From Bacillota bacterium (GTDB lineage: Bacteria > Bacillota > Clostridia > Peptostreptococcales > Anaerovoracaceae): a DNA stretch of 64,000 nt. The notes under the pieces were generated by a model. That model had not been told where the DNA came from. It was given only the letters and a program-made list of their open reading frames with translations, and did not search any database. Location of the stretch: the NCBI GenBank assembly GCA_030530285.1, contig JAUMVD010000001.1, forward strand, positions 26,273 through 90,272, in the 5' to 3' direction. Position 1 is the stretch's first letter. Each line of letters opens with the position of its first letter. The position numbers and the translations under genes were made by a program. Below are positions 53,157 to 63,051 of this stretch, piece by piece.

Positions 53157-53992
53157 ATTTTATTGAAGCGAAAGATCTGACATTTGACTATATAAAAACG
53201 GACGAGAATGGCAACGTGATCAAAAACAGAGCGATTGAGGACGTGAGCTTCACCATCGAAAAGGGCAGGTTCACCGCCATCATCGGACAGAACGGGTCCG
53301 GCAAATCGACTCTGGCGAAGAACATGAACGCGCTGCTTACGCCGACGGGAGGATCCATGCTGGTGGACGGCATGGATACTTGTAGTGAGGCAAACACCTG
53401 GAAGGTGCGTCAGAAGGTGGCGATGGTATTCCAGAATCCGGACAACCAGATCGTCTCCGCCATCGTCGAAGACGATGTGGCCTTTGGACCTGAGAATCTG
53501 GGCATCGAATCCGCGCAGATCAGAACCCGCGTGGACGAAGCGCTCATGGGCGTGGATATGTACGAGTTCCGGAAGAAAGCGCCCCACCTCTTGTCAGGCG
53601 GACAGAAACAGCGCATCGCCATTGCCGGCGCTGTGGCCATGCAGCCTGAGTGCATCGTGTTCGATGAACCCACATCCATGCTTGATCCAAAGGGCAGGCA
53701 GGACGTTCTTAAGGTCATCAAGGCGCTGAACGCCAAGGGGATCACAACGGTCCTCATCACGCACTTTATGGAGGAAGCCGCCCTGGCGGATAAGATTATC
53801 GTTATGGATCTGGGGAAGATCGTCATGGAAGGCACGCCGGATGAGATATTCAGGCGGGCGGATGAATTGAAGGCGCTGTCCCTGGGCGTTCCTGCCGCAG
53901 TGGATCTGGGGCTGGCCCTCAGACAGCGGGGCATCGACGTTCCCGAAGAGATAATGACAATGGATGAAATGGTGGATTTCTTATGTCGATAG
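53153..53992 (+). CDS. ecfA1: ECF transporter ATPase component 1
   Basis: [23 protein letters not shown]. Confidence 0.85.
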   Translation: MNFIEAKDLTFDYIKTDENGNVIKNRAIEDVSFTIEKGRFTAIIGQNGSGKSTLAKNMNALLTPTGGSMLVDGMDTCSEANTWKVRQKVAMVFQNPDNQIVSAIVEDDVAFGPENLGIESAQIRTRVDEALMGVDMYEFRKKAPHLLSGGQKQRIAIAGAVAMQPECIVFDEPTSMLDPKGRQDVLKVIKALNAKGITTVLITHFMEEAALADKIIVMDLGKIVMEGTPDEIFRRADELKALSLGVPAAVDLGLALRQRGIDVPEEIMTMDEMVDFLCR

Positions 53993-54843
53993 AAGTACGC
54001 GATCTGATACACATATACGCAGAAGGTCTGCCCCATGAGTCGGTGGCAGTGGACGGCGTCAGTTTCCATATCGATGACGGCGAGTTCGTCGGCATCATCG
54101 GGCATACCGGAAGCGGCAAGTCCACATTGCTGCAGCATCTCAACGGACTGCTGAAACCGAAGTCCGGATCCATCGTGATCGACGGCACGGATATCACGGC
54201 GGCCGGCACGGCAATGCGGGATATCAGGAAGAAGGTAGGACTGGTGTTTCAGTATCCTGAATACCAGCTCTTTGAAGAGACCGTAGCGAAGGACGTGGCT
54301 TTTGGCCCTGGGAATCTGGGTCTGGGCGAGGAGGAGATCCGCGCCAGAGTTGAGGAGGCCATCAGGCTGGTGGGCCTGGACTACGAGACGATAAAGGACG
54401 CCTCCCCATTCGACCTTTCGGGAGGCCAGAAGAGAAGAGTGGCCATCGCGGGGGTCATCGCCATGAAGCCCCAGGTGCTGATACTGGACGAACCGACAGC
54501 GGGACTGAACCCGAAGGCCCATAACGATATCCTGGACATGGTGAGTTCGATACACAGATCAGAAAAGAACATCATCATCTTCGTTTCGCATAACATGAAC
54601 GATATCGCCAGAATGTCCGACAGAGTCTTGGTGATGGATCACGGCAAGATGGTGATGAACGGTTCCCCTCAGGACGTATTTGCCCGGGAAGAGGAGCTGA
54701 AACAGATGGGGCTCGCCCTGCCTGATTCCATGGAATTCATCTCCAGACTCAGGCGTAAAGGCATGAACATAGATAAAAACTGCATGGACATCAGTTCGCT
54801 GGCAGATGAGATCGCAAGAATCAGGAAGCAGTACGGGAAATGA
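53983..54843 (+). CDS. ecfA2: ECF transporter ATPase component 2
   Basis: [23 protein letters not shown]. Confidence 0.85.
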   Translation: MSIEVRDLIHIYAEGLPHESVAVDGVSFHIDDGEFVGIIGHTGSGKSTLLQHLNGLLKPKSGSIVIDGTDITAAGTAMRDIRKKVGLVFQYPEYQLFEETVAKDVAFGPGNLGLGEEEIRARVEEAIRLVGLDYETIKDASPFDLSGGQKRRVAIAGVIAMKPQVLILDEPTAGLNPKAHNDILDMVSSIHRSEKNIIIFVSHNMNDIARMSDRVLVMDHGKMVMNGSPQDVFAREEELKQMGLALPDSMEFISRLRRKGMNIDKNCMDISSLADEIARIRKQYGK

Positions 54844-55640
54844 TACGAGACATCACACTAGGACAATACTATCCCGGAAACTCGTGGGTACACAGACTGG
54901 ATCCCAGGATCAAAATCATAGCAACGCTGCTGTATATCGTGGCGTTGTTTGTGGTACATGATTTTATAGGATTCGCCATTTCCTTCATCGCACTGGCGGT
55001 GATCATCGCCATATCCAGAGTTCCTCTGAAATTTATTCTCAAAGGCCTCAAACCGGTTTTCATTATCATCGCGTTTACCTTGATCGTGAATCTGTTCATG
55101 GTCAAGGGCGAGATCATCTTCCAGTTCTGGATCTTCCACATTACCAGAGAGGGAGCCAGGATGGCTGCCTTCATGGGCATCAGACTGGTGCTGCTCATCA
55201 TCGGCTCGTCGATGCTGACCCTGACCACGAAACCCATCGGTCTGACCGACGGGATCGAGGCGCTGCTTTCGCCGTTTAAGAAAATCGGCGTTCCGGCCCA
55301 TGAACTGGCCATGATGATGACCATCGCCCTGAGATTCATCCCGACGCTTTTGGAAGAGACCGATAAGATCATCAAGGCGCAGCAAGCCAGAGGGGCGGAT
55401 TTTGAGAGCGGAAATATTATGAGGAGAGCCAGAGCGCTGGTTCCGATCCTGGTGCCTTTGTTCATCAGCGCCTTCAGAATCGCGCAGGAACTGGCCATGG
55501 CCATGGAAGCCAGATGTTACGGCAGCGGCGTGAAACGCACGAGGATGAATGCCATGAAGCTGGCCAGGCGAGATCTGGCAGCGGCCATTCTTTTGGCGGC
55601 ATTTCTGGCGGTCATCATCCTGCAGAGGATTTTGATGTAA
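54840..55640 (+). CDS. ecfT: ECF transporter transmembrane (T) component
   Basis: 266-aa polytopic protein with ARG coupling motifs (QQARGADF). Follows ecfA1/ecfA2. Confidence 0.85.
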   Translation: MIRDITLGQYYPGNSWVHRLDPRIKIIATLLYIVALFVVHDFIGFAISFIALAVIIAISRVPLKFILKGLKPVFIIIAFTLIVNLFMVKGEIIFQFWIFHITREGARMAAFMGIRLVLLIIGSSMLTLTTKPIGLTDGIEALLSPFKKIGVPAHELAMMMTIALRFIPTLLEETDKIIKAQQARGADFESGNIMRRARALVPILVPLFISAFRIAQELAMAMEARCYGSGVKRTRMNAMKLARRDLAAAILLAAFLAVIILQRILM

Positions 55641-55661
55641 GAGATTAGATGTGAGGAAACC

Positions 55662-56360
55662 ATGAGACAGCGAAAAGCGAAAGATATGGAAGCCAGGATC
55701 AAAAGCTGCAGCCACCTGCTGGTGGAAGATCCATCACCTAAGGCCTGGCAGGCGTGCTTTGCGCATAGCGGCGCGGAGCTTTTCCTTGAGATCGGCTGCG
55801 GCAAAGGTCAGTTCATCATCAAGAAGGCCCTGGCGGATCCGGACAGCAATTATATCGCCATCGAGGGACAGGAAACGGTCATCCTCCGGTCTTTAGAGAA
55901 GACCATGGCGGCTGCGGGAGAGCAGGTCAAGAATGACAAGATCCGGATTTCCGAGACCAAGAGGGAGATCAAGAACCTGAAATTCGCCTGCACCTTTGTG
56001 GAACACATGGCGGATCTGTTTGATGAATCGCAGCTTGCGGGCATATATCTCAATTTCAGCGACCCATGGCCCAAGGCGCGCCACGCCAAGAGGCGGCTGA
56101 CTTACAGAACCAGACTCAGGGATTATGGATGGGCTCTCAAAGACGGCGGGTTCATCGAGATCAAGACTGACAATGACGGGCTGTTCGCGTTCACGCTGGA
56201 GGAGCTGGAGGAAACGGATTTTGAGATCATTGAATTGACCAGAGATCTGCACGCCAGTAATTTCGATTCCAGAAACGTCACGACGGAATACGAGGACAAA
56301 TTCAGCGGCAAAGGCAAAAACATCAATTACGTCAAGGCGATCATCAGAAAGAATAAATAA
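55662..56360 (+). CDS. trmB: tRNA (guanine46-N7)-methyltransferase
   Basis: LEIGCGKGQF SAM motif and NFSDPWPKARHAKRRL. Confidence 0.85.
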   Translation: MRQRKAKDMEARIKSCSHLLVEDPSPKAWQACFAHSGAELFLEIGCGKGQFIIKKALADPDSNYIAIEGQETVILRSLEKTMAAAGEQVKNDKIRISETKREIKNLKFACTFVEHMADLFDESQLAGIYLNFSDPWPKARHAKRRLTYRTRLRDYGWALKDGGFIEIKTDNDGLFAFTLEELEETDFEIIELTRDLHASNFDSRNVTTEYEDKFSGKGKNINYVKAIIRKNK

Positions 56361-56408
56361 GAATAAGAAATAATAAAAAATAATAGATAAACAAAGAAGG
56401 AGAACGAA

Positions 56409-57650
56409 GTGAGCGAGTATATTTTGGCCAGAGGAAACGGCAGAAAGATTCCGCAGGAAGATAAGATCTTCGGGATCAGCAGCAGAGCGAAGGCTGCCAT
56501 CGCCGAAAAGGGTGCCGATCAGGTGATCAACGCTACGATCGGAGCGCTTTTGGATGACGACGGCAAACTGGTGGTTCTGGAATCAGTGGACAGGGTGTTC
56601 AGACAGCTGAAGCCGGTGGATTACGCGGAGTACGCGCCGATAGGCGGCACGAAACCATTCAGGGACGCGGTAAAAGAGGCGGCCTTTGGGGCCCACGCGC
56701 CGGAAGGATATATGGAGGCGGTGGCGACACCCGGCGGCACAGGGTCGCTGCGAAACGTCATCTCCAATTACTCGGATGCAGGGGATCAGATCCTGACCAG
56801 TGACTGGCACTGGGCGCCGTATAACACCATCGCCGGTGAAATCGGACGAAGCATCGCCACATTCAGACTCTTTACAGAGGACGGCAGATTCGATGTCGGA
56901 TCCTTCGCGGAGCGCACGGCGGAAATACTGGCCAAACAGGAAAGTCTCGTGGTCATTCTCAATACGCCGGCCCACAATCCGACGGGCTATTCTCTGACGC
57001 TGGAGGACTGGGACGCGGTCATCGATGTGCTCAATCAGGAGGCGCAGGCAGGCAAAGCCATCGCCCTTCTCATCGATGCGGCATATATCGATTTCGCGGG
57101 AGACGCGGATGAATACCGGGAGTTCATGCCGAAGCTCTCCGGCCTGGCGGAGAACGTGATCAGTATCGTGGCTTACTCTCTGAGCAAGACCTTCACCCTT
57201 TACGGCGCCAGATGCGGCGCCATGATATGCGTGGCCAAAACCCAGGAAATCGCGGATGAATTCAAGCGGGTATGCGAGTTTTCGTCCAGAGGTTCATGGT
57301 CCAATACGGCGAAGATCGCCCAGGTGATCCTGTCCAGGATCTACAGCGATCCGGAGCTGTTGAAGATCGTGGACGATGAGAGAAAGCAGTATCGGGATAT
57401 GCTGCTGGCAAGGGGCAAAGCCTTTGGTGAAGCGGCCAGAGAATGCGGACTGGAAATCGTGCCTTATGATGCGGGGTTCTTTATCAGTATCCCGTGCGAG
57501 GATCCCGATAAATACAGCAGGATCCTGGAGGAGCAGGATGCCTTCCTGGTGCCGCTGGCGAAGGGCCTGAGGGTATCGGTGGCTTCGATATCGGAAGCAA
57601 AGTGCAGAAAACTGCCGCGCATGATCAAAGCGGCGCTGGAACAGAAATAA
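56409..57650 (+). CDS. class I/II PLP-dependent aminotransferase (aspartate/aromatic type)
   Basis: GTG start 6 nt after GAAGGAG. NTPAHNPTGY and the PLP lysine in YSLSKTF. Confidence 0.75.
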   Translation: MSEYILARGNGRKIPQEDKIFGISSRAKAAIAEKGADQVINATIGALLDDDGKLVVLESVDRVFRQLKPVDYAEYAPIGGTKPFRDAVKEAAFGAHAPEGYMEAVATPGGTGSLRNVISNYSDAGDQILTSDWHWAPYNTIAGEIGRSIATFRLFTEDGRFDVGSFAERTAEILAKQESLVVILNTPAHNPTGYSLTLEDWDAVIDVLNQEAQAGKAIALLIDAAYIDFAGDADEYREFMPKLSGLAENVISIVAYSLSKTFTLYGARCGAMICVAKTQEIADEFKRVCEFSSRGSWSNTAKIAQVILSRIYSDPELLKIVDDERKQYRDMLLARGKAFGEAARECGLEIVPYDAGFFISIPCEDPDKYSRILEEQDAFLVPLAKGLRVSVASISEAKCRKLPRMIKAALEQK

Positions 57651-57753
57651 CAGCCGAAACCAATAAATGGAAAATAATGGTTGACAAATTTTACCAATTA
57701 TGATATCGTAATCTCCGAAAGAGGTAGCGCTTGGCGCGGAAAGGAGATATGAT

Positions 57754-58104
57754 ATGCCAATGAATTATGATGACGGTGAAGTGAGTTTCGACATCGTCGA
57801 ACACATCGGTGTTCTGGCCACTTACTCTACGGGGTGGGCCAAGGAAATCAACCTTGTGTCATGGAACGGAGGCCCCGCCAGATATGATCTGAGGGATTGG
57901 GCCCCGAATCACACGAGGATGTCTAAGGGCGTCACATTTGAAGAGAAGGAAATGCGTGCTCTGATCGACAGCTTCCGGAAGAGGAGAACCGCAGGCATGC
58001 GCAGCATGCGGGATGCCGCGGAAGAGCAGGAGCCTAAGGAAGAGGAGGCGCTTTGCGCTGAGGAAATGACAGGCACCGAACAGACAGAAACAGAAAGCTT
58101 TTAG
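57754..58104 (+). CDS. YdbC/PC4-like single-stranded nucleic-acid-binding protein
   Basis: VSFDIVEHIGVLA...GWAKEINLVSWNGGPARYDLRDWAPNH resembles B. subtilis YdbC as I recall it. Confidence 0.55.
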   Translation: MPMNYDDGEVSFDIVEHIGVLATYSTGWAKEINLVSWNGGPARYDLRDWAPNHTRMSKGVTFEEKEMRALIDSFRKRRTAGMRSMRDAAEEQEPKEEEALCAEEMTGTEQTETESF

Positions 58105-58129
58105 GAATAACACGTACACTGCAAAAAAA

Positions 58130-58158
58130 CTGAGCACGGCGAGGTGCTCAGTTTTTTG
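58130..58158 (+). terminator. rho-independent terminator
   Basis: CTGAGCAC-GGCGAG-GTGCTCAG followed by TTTTTTG. Confidence 0.8.
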
Positions 58159-58218
58159 TTTTTGGCCGCTCTATGGTATACTTGAACTATCACAATCCAC
58201 ATGAGAGGTAAATAAGAT

Positions 58219-59907
58219 ATGATACTAACGATAAAAATAGGAAAGAACGAAACGAGGAGAATAGAGGCGGCGCCTGAGACGACGCTGCAGACCATCGCGG
58301 CGGATCTGCTGGCGGAGTTTCCGTACCGCATCCTTTTGGCCAGAGTGAACGGCGTTGACAGGGAACTGATCGATACCGTGGGAGAGGTGGCTGACGGTGA
58401 TGCCGCGGAACTCGCCGTAGAGTTTCTGGATATGAGGACGCACAGCGCTGACCTGACCTATCAGCGCAGTATATCCATGATTTATCTGAAGGCGGTCAAG
58501 GACGTCTTTGACACCGATGCGATTATCGACAACACGCTGAACAAGGGCTTCTATACCAAACCAAAGCTGGGACGGGAAGTGACCGAAGAAGACGTGGCTA
58601 AAATCGACGCCAGAATGAGGCAGATCGTGGCGGAGGACATGCCGATCAGGCGATTCACGCTGACCAAGCAGGAAGGCGTGAGCCTGTGGATCAAGGAAGG
58701 CTACGAGCAAAAGGCCAGGCTCCTGCAGAATGTGAGAAGTGATGCTTACAGGCCGGTCTTTTATGATATGGATGGATATATCAACTATTTCTACGGGCCG
58801 ATGGTTCCGTCCGCGGGCTACATCGAGCATTTCGAACTGAGAAAGTACGACGAGAGAGCGATACTGTTGAGATTTCCTTATCACGGTCAGCCGGACGAAC
58901 TGCCGGAATACTATAACGACAGACTGATCTACGAAGCCTTCAGGCAGACCCATGACTGGCTGAACCTGCTCCACGCCCAGACTCTGGGGGATTTCAACAA
59001 GGCGGTAGCCAAGGGAGGCATCAAGGACCTGATTCTGCTTTCGGAGGCTTTGCATGAGAAAAAAGTCGCGGAAATCGCCGACGCCATCACGGAAGGGAAC
59101 AAGAGAATCATCCTGATCGCGGGACCGTCCTCCTCCGGCAAGACGACGTTTGCCAGGAGGCTGTGCATCCAGCTGAGGGTAAACGGCCTGCAGCCTTTGT
59201 ACATGGGAACGGACGATTACTTCGTCAATCGCGTGGATACGCCGCGGGATGAGGACGGCAAGTATAACTATGAAGGTCTGGACGCGCTGGACATCGACCT
59301 GTTCAACAGGAACATGAACGACCTGCTGGCCGGCAAGGAAGTAGACCTTCCGGAATTCGACTTCATCGAGGGGGTCAAAGTCTTCGGCAAGAGGATCACC
59401 ACCATTACGGAGAATCAGCCCATCGTCATAGAGGGCATCCACGCGTTGAACGGCAAACTTACCGCGCAGATCGAAGACAAGCACAAGTATAAGATATACA
59501 TCAGTCCGCTGACCCAGATGAACATTGATGTGCACAACAGGGTGGCGTCAACGGACGGCAGAATGCTCAGGAGAATGGTCAGGGACAATAAATACAGGGG
59601 ACACAACGCGGAGAAGACCATCGAAGCGTGGCCTAAGGTGCGCGCGGGGGAAAACGTGAATATCTTCCCGTATACGGACGAGGCTGACGTGCTGTTCAAT
59701 TCCAATCTCTGTTATGAAACGGCGCTGCTTAAGAAGTACGCGGAGCCTTTGCTTCGTGAGATCGGACCGGATTCCCCGCAGCACAGCGAGGCGGTCAGAC
59801 TTCTGGAGTGGCTCAAATTCTATAACACCGTAGAAGAAGACAGGTACGTGCCGAATAATTCCATCCTGAAGGAATTCATCGGCGGCAGCGTATTTACTGA
59901 TGAATAG
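58219..59907 (+). CDS. uridine kinase/phosphoribulokinase-family nucleoside kinase with an N-terminal TGS/ThrRS-like extension
   Basis: P-loop IAGPSSSGKTTFARRL in the C-terminal half; 562 aa. Confidence 0.65.
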   Translation: MILTIKIGKNETRRIEAAPETTLQTIAADLLAEFPYRILLARVNGVDRELIDTVGEVADGDAAELAVEFLDMRTHSADLTYQRSISMIYLKAVKDVFDTDAIIDNTLNKGFYTKPKLGREVTEEDVAKIDARMRQIVAEDMPIRRFTLTKQEGVSLWIKEGYEQKARLLQNVRSDAYRPVFYDMDGYINYFYGPMVPSAGYIEHFELRKYDERAILLRFPYHGQPDELPEYYNDRLIYEAFRQTHDWLNLLHAQTLGDFNKAVAKGGIKDLILLSEALHEKKVAEIADAITEGNKRIILIAGPSSSGKTTFARRLCIQLRVNGLQPLYMGTDDYFVNRVDTPRDEDGKYNYEGLDALDIDLFNRNMNDLLAGKEVDLPEFDFIEGVKVFGKRITTITENQPIVIEGIHALNGKLTAQIEDKHKYKIYISPLTQMNIDVHNRVASTDGRMLRRMVRDNKYRGHNAEKTIEAWPKVRAGENVNIFPYTDEADVLFNSNLCYETALLKKYAEPLLREIGPDSPQHSEAVRLLEWLKFYNTVEEDRYVPNNSILKEFIGGSVFTDE

Positions 59908-59920
59908 AGGATAAGTTGAA

Positions 59921-61576
59921 ATGGCAGTCAAAGTAAGGGATATTTTGAATTTCGGAGGGCTGCTTGGCTCCACGGTGATCGCCGGAGAAGGAGGACTGGA
60001 CACCAACGTGGAGAGCGTCAGCGTGCTGGAGATCGCGGACAGCAGCATCGCCAGGTGGGTGGAACCCAACCAGCTGTATATTACATCGTTTTATGCCATA
60101 TGGGACGATGTGGCGCAGCAAAAGGTCGTCATCAGAAACCTGAAGGACAGCGGATGCTGCGGCCTTGTTCTCTGCAACGTGGGACTGCTCATGCAGACGG
60201 TAGACAGAGAAGTTCTGGAGTATTGCGATGAGAGAAATTTCCCGCTGATCCGGGCCAGAGCCAACGTCTCCTACATCGATATCATGTCGCCGATCATGAA
60301 CGTCCTGTTCACCGACGACAGTTCCTCCATGCAAAGGATACCGTATGACGGTTCGGAGCCTTTGCAGAATGTCTTCTATAATATGATCATCAACGGGGAC
60401 AGTCAGGACAAGGTGCTCCGGGAGATGAATCATTCCATGGGGGCGAAGATCTCGTATTACGACACCTTCGGCAAGCTGTTATTCAGCGATGAACCGCCGG
60501 AGGAAGTGAAACGCGAGACCGAGTATCTGCGGCTGCAATACAATCACGTGCTGTACAGCTGCAGAGAAAAGGGGTATACGGTGCTGGACTGCGACGGCAG
60601 GCAAAAGCTTTTCGTGCAGATCAGATCGCATCAGAACATGTTCGGCATCATGATCACCGATTACGACTCGTCCTTTGAGGGGGATTTCATCGATACCCTC
60701 ATGAACACGCTGATCATGCCGTGCGCGCTGATATTCGGGCGTGAAGACCGTATCATCGATTATCAGAAACGTTCCCGGGCTGAGTTCATCACGGATCTCA
60801 TTACCGGAAACTTCACCACCGACGCCAACGACCTTAGGAGAGCCGGGGACATCGGGCTGGATATACAGGGCGTGGATCATCTCATGATCATCAACATCAA
60901 CACGTTTCACAGGACGGGAAATGATGATTTGACCAGAGACCTGAGGTCATATATCAGCAGGAACCTGATGCCCCAGGTGGAACAGATCCTGTCAAAGGAG
61001 TGCCCCGGATCCTGGAGCGAGTACCGAAGTGATGTGACCATACTGTTTCTGAACATGCAGCAAAGCCTCACGGATCTGGACAGGCTGGCGCATAAATTTC
61101 TGGACATGTTCCACAATAACAAGCTGGAGCTGTCGGTGTCCATCGGCATCAGCAATGAGGCCGGGGATTTCCATGAACTGCCGAATGCCTATAATCAGGC
61201 TTACAACGCGGCGATCATGGGGCGTAATTACTACGGAACGGAAAGGATCATATCCTACGATCAGATCTGGTTTCTGTCGCAGCTGCATAAGATGAGGGAG
61301 ACGGACGAAGGCGTCAGGATCTGCAGGGAGATGCTGCGGCCGCTGCTGAAGTATGACGAGGAACACGGAACGGAGCTGGTGAAGACCGCCTATGTACTTC
61401 TGCATAATAGTTGCAATGTAAAGGAAGCGGCGGAACAGTTATATGTGCATAAGAACACAATGCTCCAGAGAAAAAATAAAATCATAGAGATTTTGGGCTA
61501 TTCACCGTATGAAATGCCGCATTCTCTGAATTTCCTCATGGCGTTTGAGATCATGGGATACGGAGAAGACCTCTAA
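59921..61576 (+). CDS. PucR-family transcriptional regulator
   Basis: 551 aa. C-terminal HTH NVKEAAEQLYVHKNTMLQRKNKIIEILG is typical of PucR_C. Confidence 0.75.
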   Translation: MAVKVRDILNFGGLLGSTVIAGEGGLDTNVESVSVLEIADSSIARWVEPNQLYITSFYAIWDDVAQQKVVIRNLKDSGCCGLVLCNVGLLMQTVDREVLEYCDERNFPLIRARANVSYIDIMSPIMNVLFTDDSSSMQRIPYDGSEPLQNVFYNMIINGDSQDKVLREMNHSMGAKISYYDTFGKLLFSDEPPEEVKRETEYLRLQYNHVLYSCREKGYTVLDCDGRQKLFVQIRSHQNMFGIMITDYDSSFEGDFIDTLMNTLIMPCALIFGREDRIIDYQKRSRAEFITDLITGNFTTDANDLRRAGDIGLDIQGVDHLMIININTFHRTGNDDLTRDLRSYISRNLMPQVEQILSKECPGSWSEYRSDVTILFLNMQQSLTDLDRLAHKFLDMFHNNKLELSVSIGISNEAGDFHELPNAYNQAYNAAIMGRNYYGTERIISYDQIWFLSQLHKMRETDEGVRICREMLRPLLKYDEEHGTELVKTAYVLLHNSCNVKEAAEQLYVHKNTMLQRKNKIIEILGYSPYEMPHSLNFLMAFEIMGYGEDL

Positions 61577-61593
61577 ATGTAATAAAAATGAAC

Positions 61594-61630
61594 GGCTATG
61601 TGCAAATGCACATAGCCTTATTGTTTTTTT
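61594..61630 (+). terminator. rho-independent terminator
   Basis: GGCTATGTGCA-AA-TGCACATAGCC followed by TTATTGTTTTTTT. Confidence 0.8.
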
Positions 61631-61727
61631 GGAACGGAGACACAATGACACACTTCACGGCGTTAATGTAGAATAACGTTAATAAAATCTAGCCATTATA
61701 CATATTCAAGTTGGGAGGAAACAAACC

Positions 61728-63035
61728 ATGTCACAACACAAGAACGTCAACATTGACGCAGTTCATGACAGCGACCACGCGACACACCGCGTACCTGACG
61801 ATCAGCGAAAGGGATTCATATCCATCGCGGCCGTTGCTGCGGGCTTTTGCATCTGCATGTCAGGTCTTTATACCGGAGCGGCGATCGCTTTCGGAATGTC
61901 GCTGAGAAACGCTATCATTGCGGCAGTTATCGGTAATATTATTCTCAGCCTTTACGGCGGAGCTATCGGCGCGGCAGGCGCCAAGGAAGGCGTCGCGTCA
62001 GCCATGCTTTCACGTCACAGCTTCGGCAGACAAGGATCCAAGTTCGTTGGAGCGCTGCTCGCCATCGTAATGCTGGGATGATTCGCTGTACAGGTCGGTT
62101 TCTTCGGATCCACCATGCAGGCTCTGTTCCCTGGAGCAGGCTTCATCACTTCACAGTATGTAGCAGCTGCCTGGGGCGGTATCCTGATGATCTTCACCGC
62201 GTACTATGGATATAAAGGTCTGAACTATCTGAGTTATATCGCCGTTCCTGCAGTAGGCATCCTGGCCATCATCGGCATGGTGCTGGCGGTCAAGGGCGCA
62301 GGAGGACTGGAGATTCTGTCACAGGTAGTGCCGACTGAACCGATGACCATCGGAGCGGCCATCGTAGCTGTTGTAGGTTCATTCGCCGGCGGCGCGTCAG
62401 CGCAGGCTGATATCACCAGATATGCCAGAACTCCAGGCGTAGCATGGGGCGGAACAATCTTCGGATATCTTATCGCCAACACATTCATTATATTCGCAGG
62501 ATACATGGTAGCGGTAGCAACAGGTGAGGGAGATCTGCCTGTAGCATTCCTGGCCATGGGTCTGGGAGCAGCTGCGCTGATCATTCTGATCCTGGCACAG
62601 TGGACGACAAACGACAACAACCTGTACACAGCCAGCCTTGGTCTCGCCAACGTTATTCCTGTAAACAAGAAGACACTGGTAATCATCACCGGTATCATCG
62701 CTACAATCGTAGGTGCTATGGGTCTGTCCGATTACTTCGTTTCCTGGATTTCATTCCTGGGCATCGGCATCCCGCCTGTAGCAGGTGTCATCATATGCGA
62801 CTACTATTTCCTCAGAAGCAGAAAATACGAATACGGTCCTGGAACGAAATACTGCCAGGTCAACATCTGGGCATTCGTATGCATGATCATCGGAGCCATC
62901 GTAGGATTCTGCTGGCACTGGGGTGTTGCGTCAGTCAACTCACTGGTCGTAAGCGTAGTACTTTACTTCATCTGCATGAAGGCCTTTGGCAATAAGGGCA
63001 TCGGCATCATCGGAGAGAACATAGAAGAAGAGTAA
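61728..63035 (+). pseudogene. NCS1-family (CodB-like cytosine/purine) permease interrupted by one in-frame TGA
   Basis: ORFs 61728..62081 and 62115..63035 are in the same frame. The only interruption is the TGA at 62079-81, inside a hydrophobic segment (AIVMLG*FAVQVGFFG). Confidence 0.7.
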
Positions 63036-63051
63036 TTAAGGAGGGAACAAA

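Noticed and set aside
62079-62081. TGA read as Trp (genetic code 4) or as selenocysteine.
   Set aside because: Many confidently assigned genes in the window terminate with TGA (for example the GRE gene, atoA and the membrane protein at 2887). No SECIS-like hairpin is obvious downstream, and a Trp rather than Cys/Sec context fits the helix.
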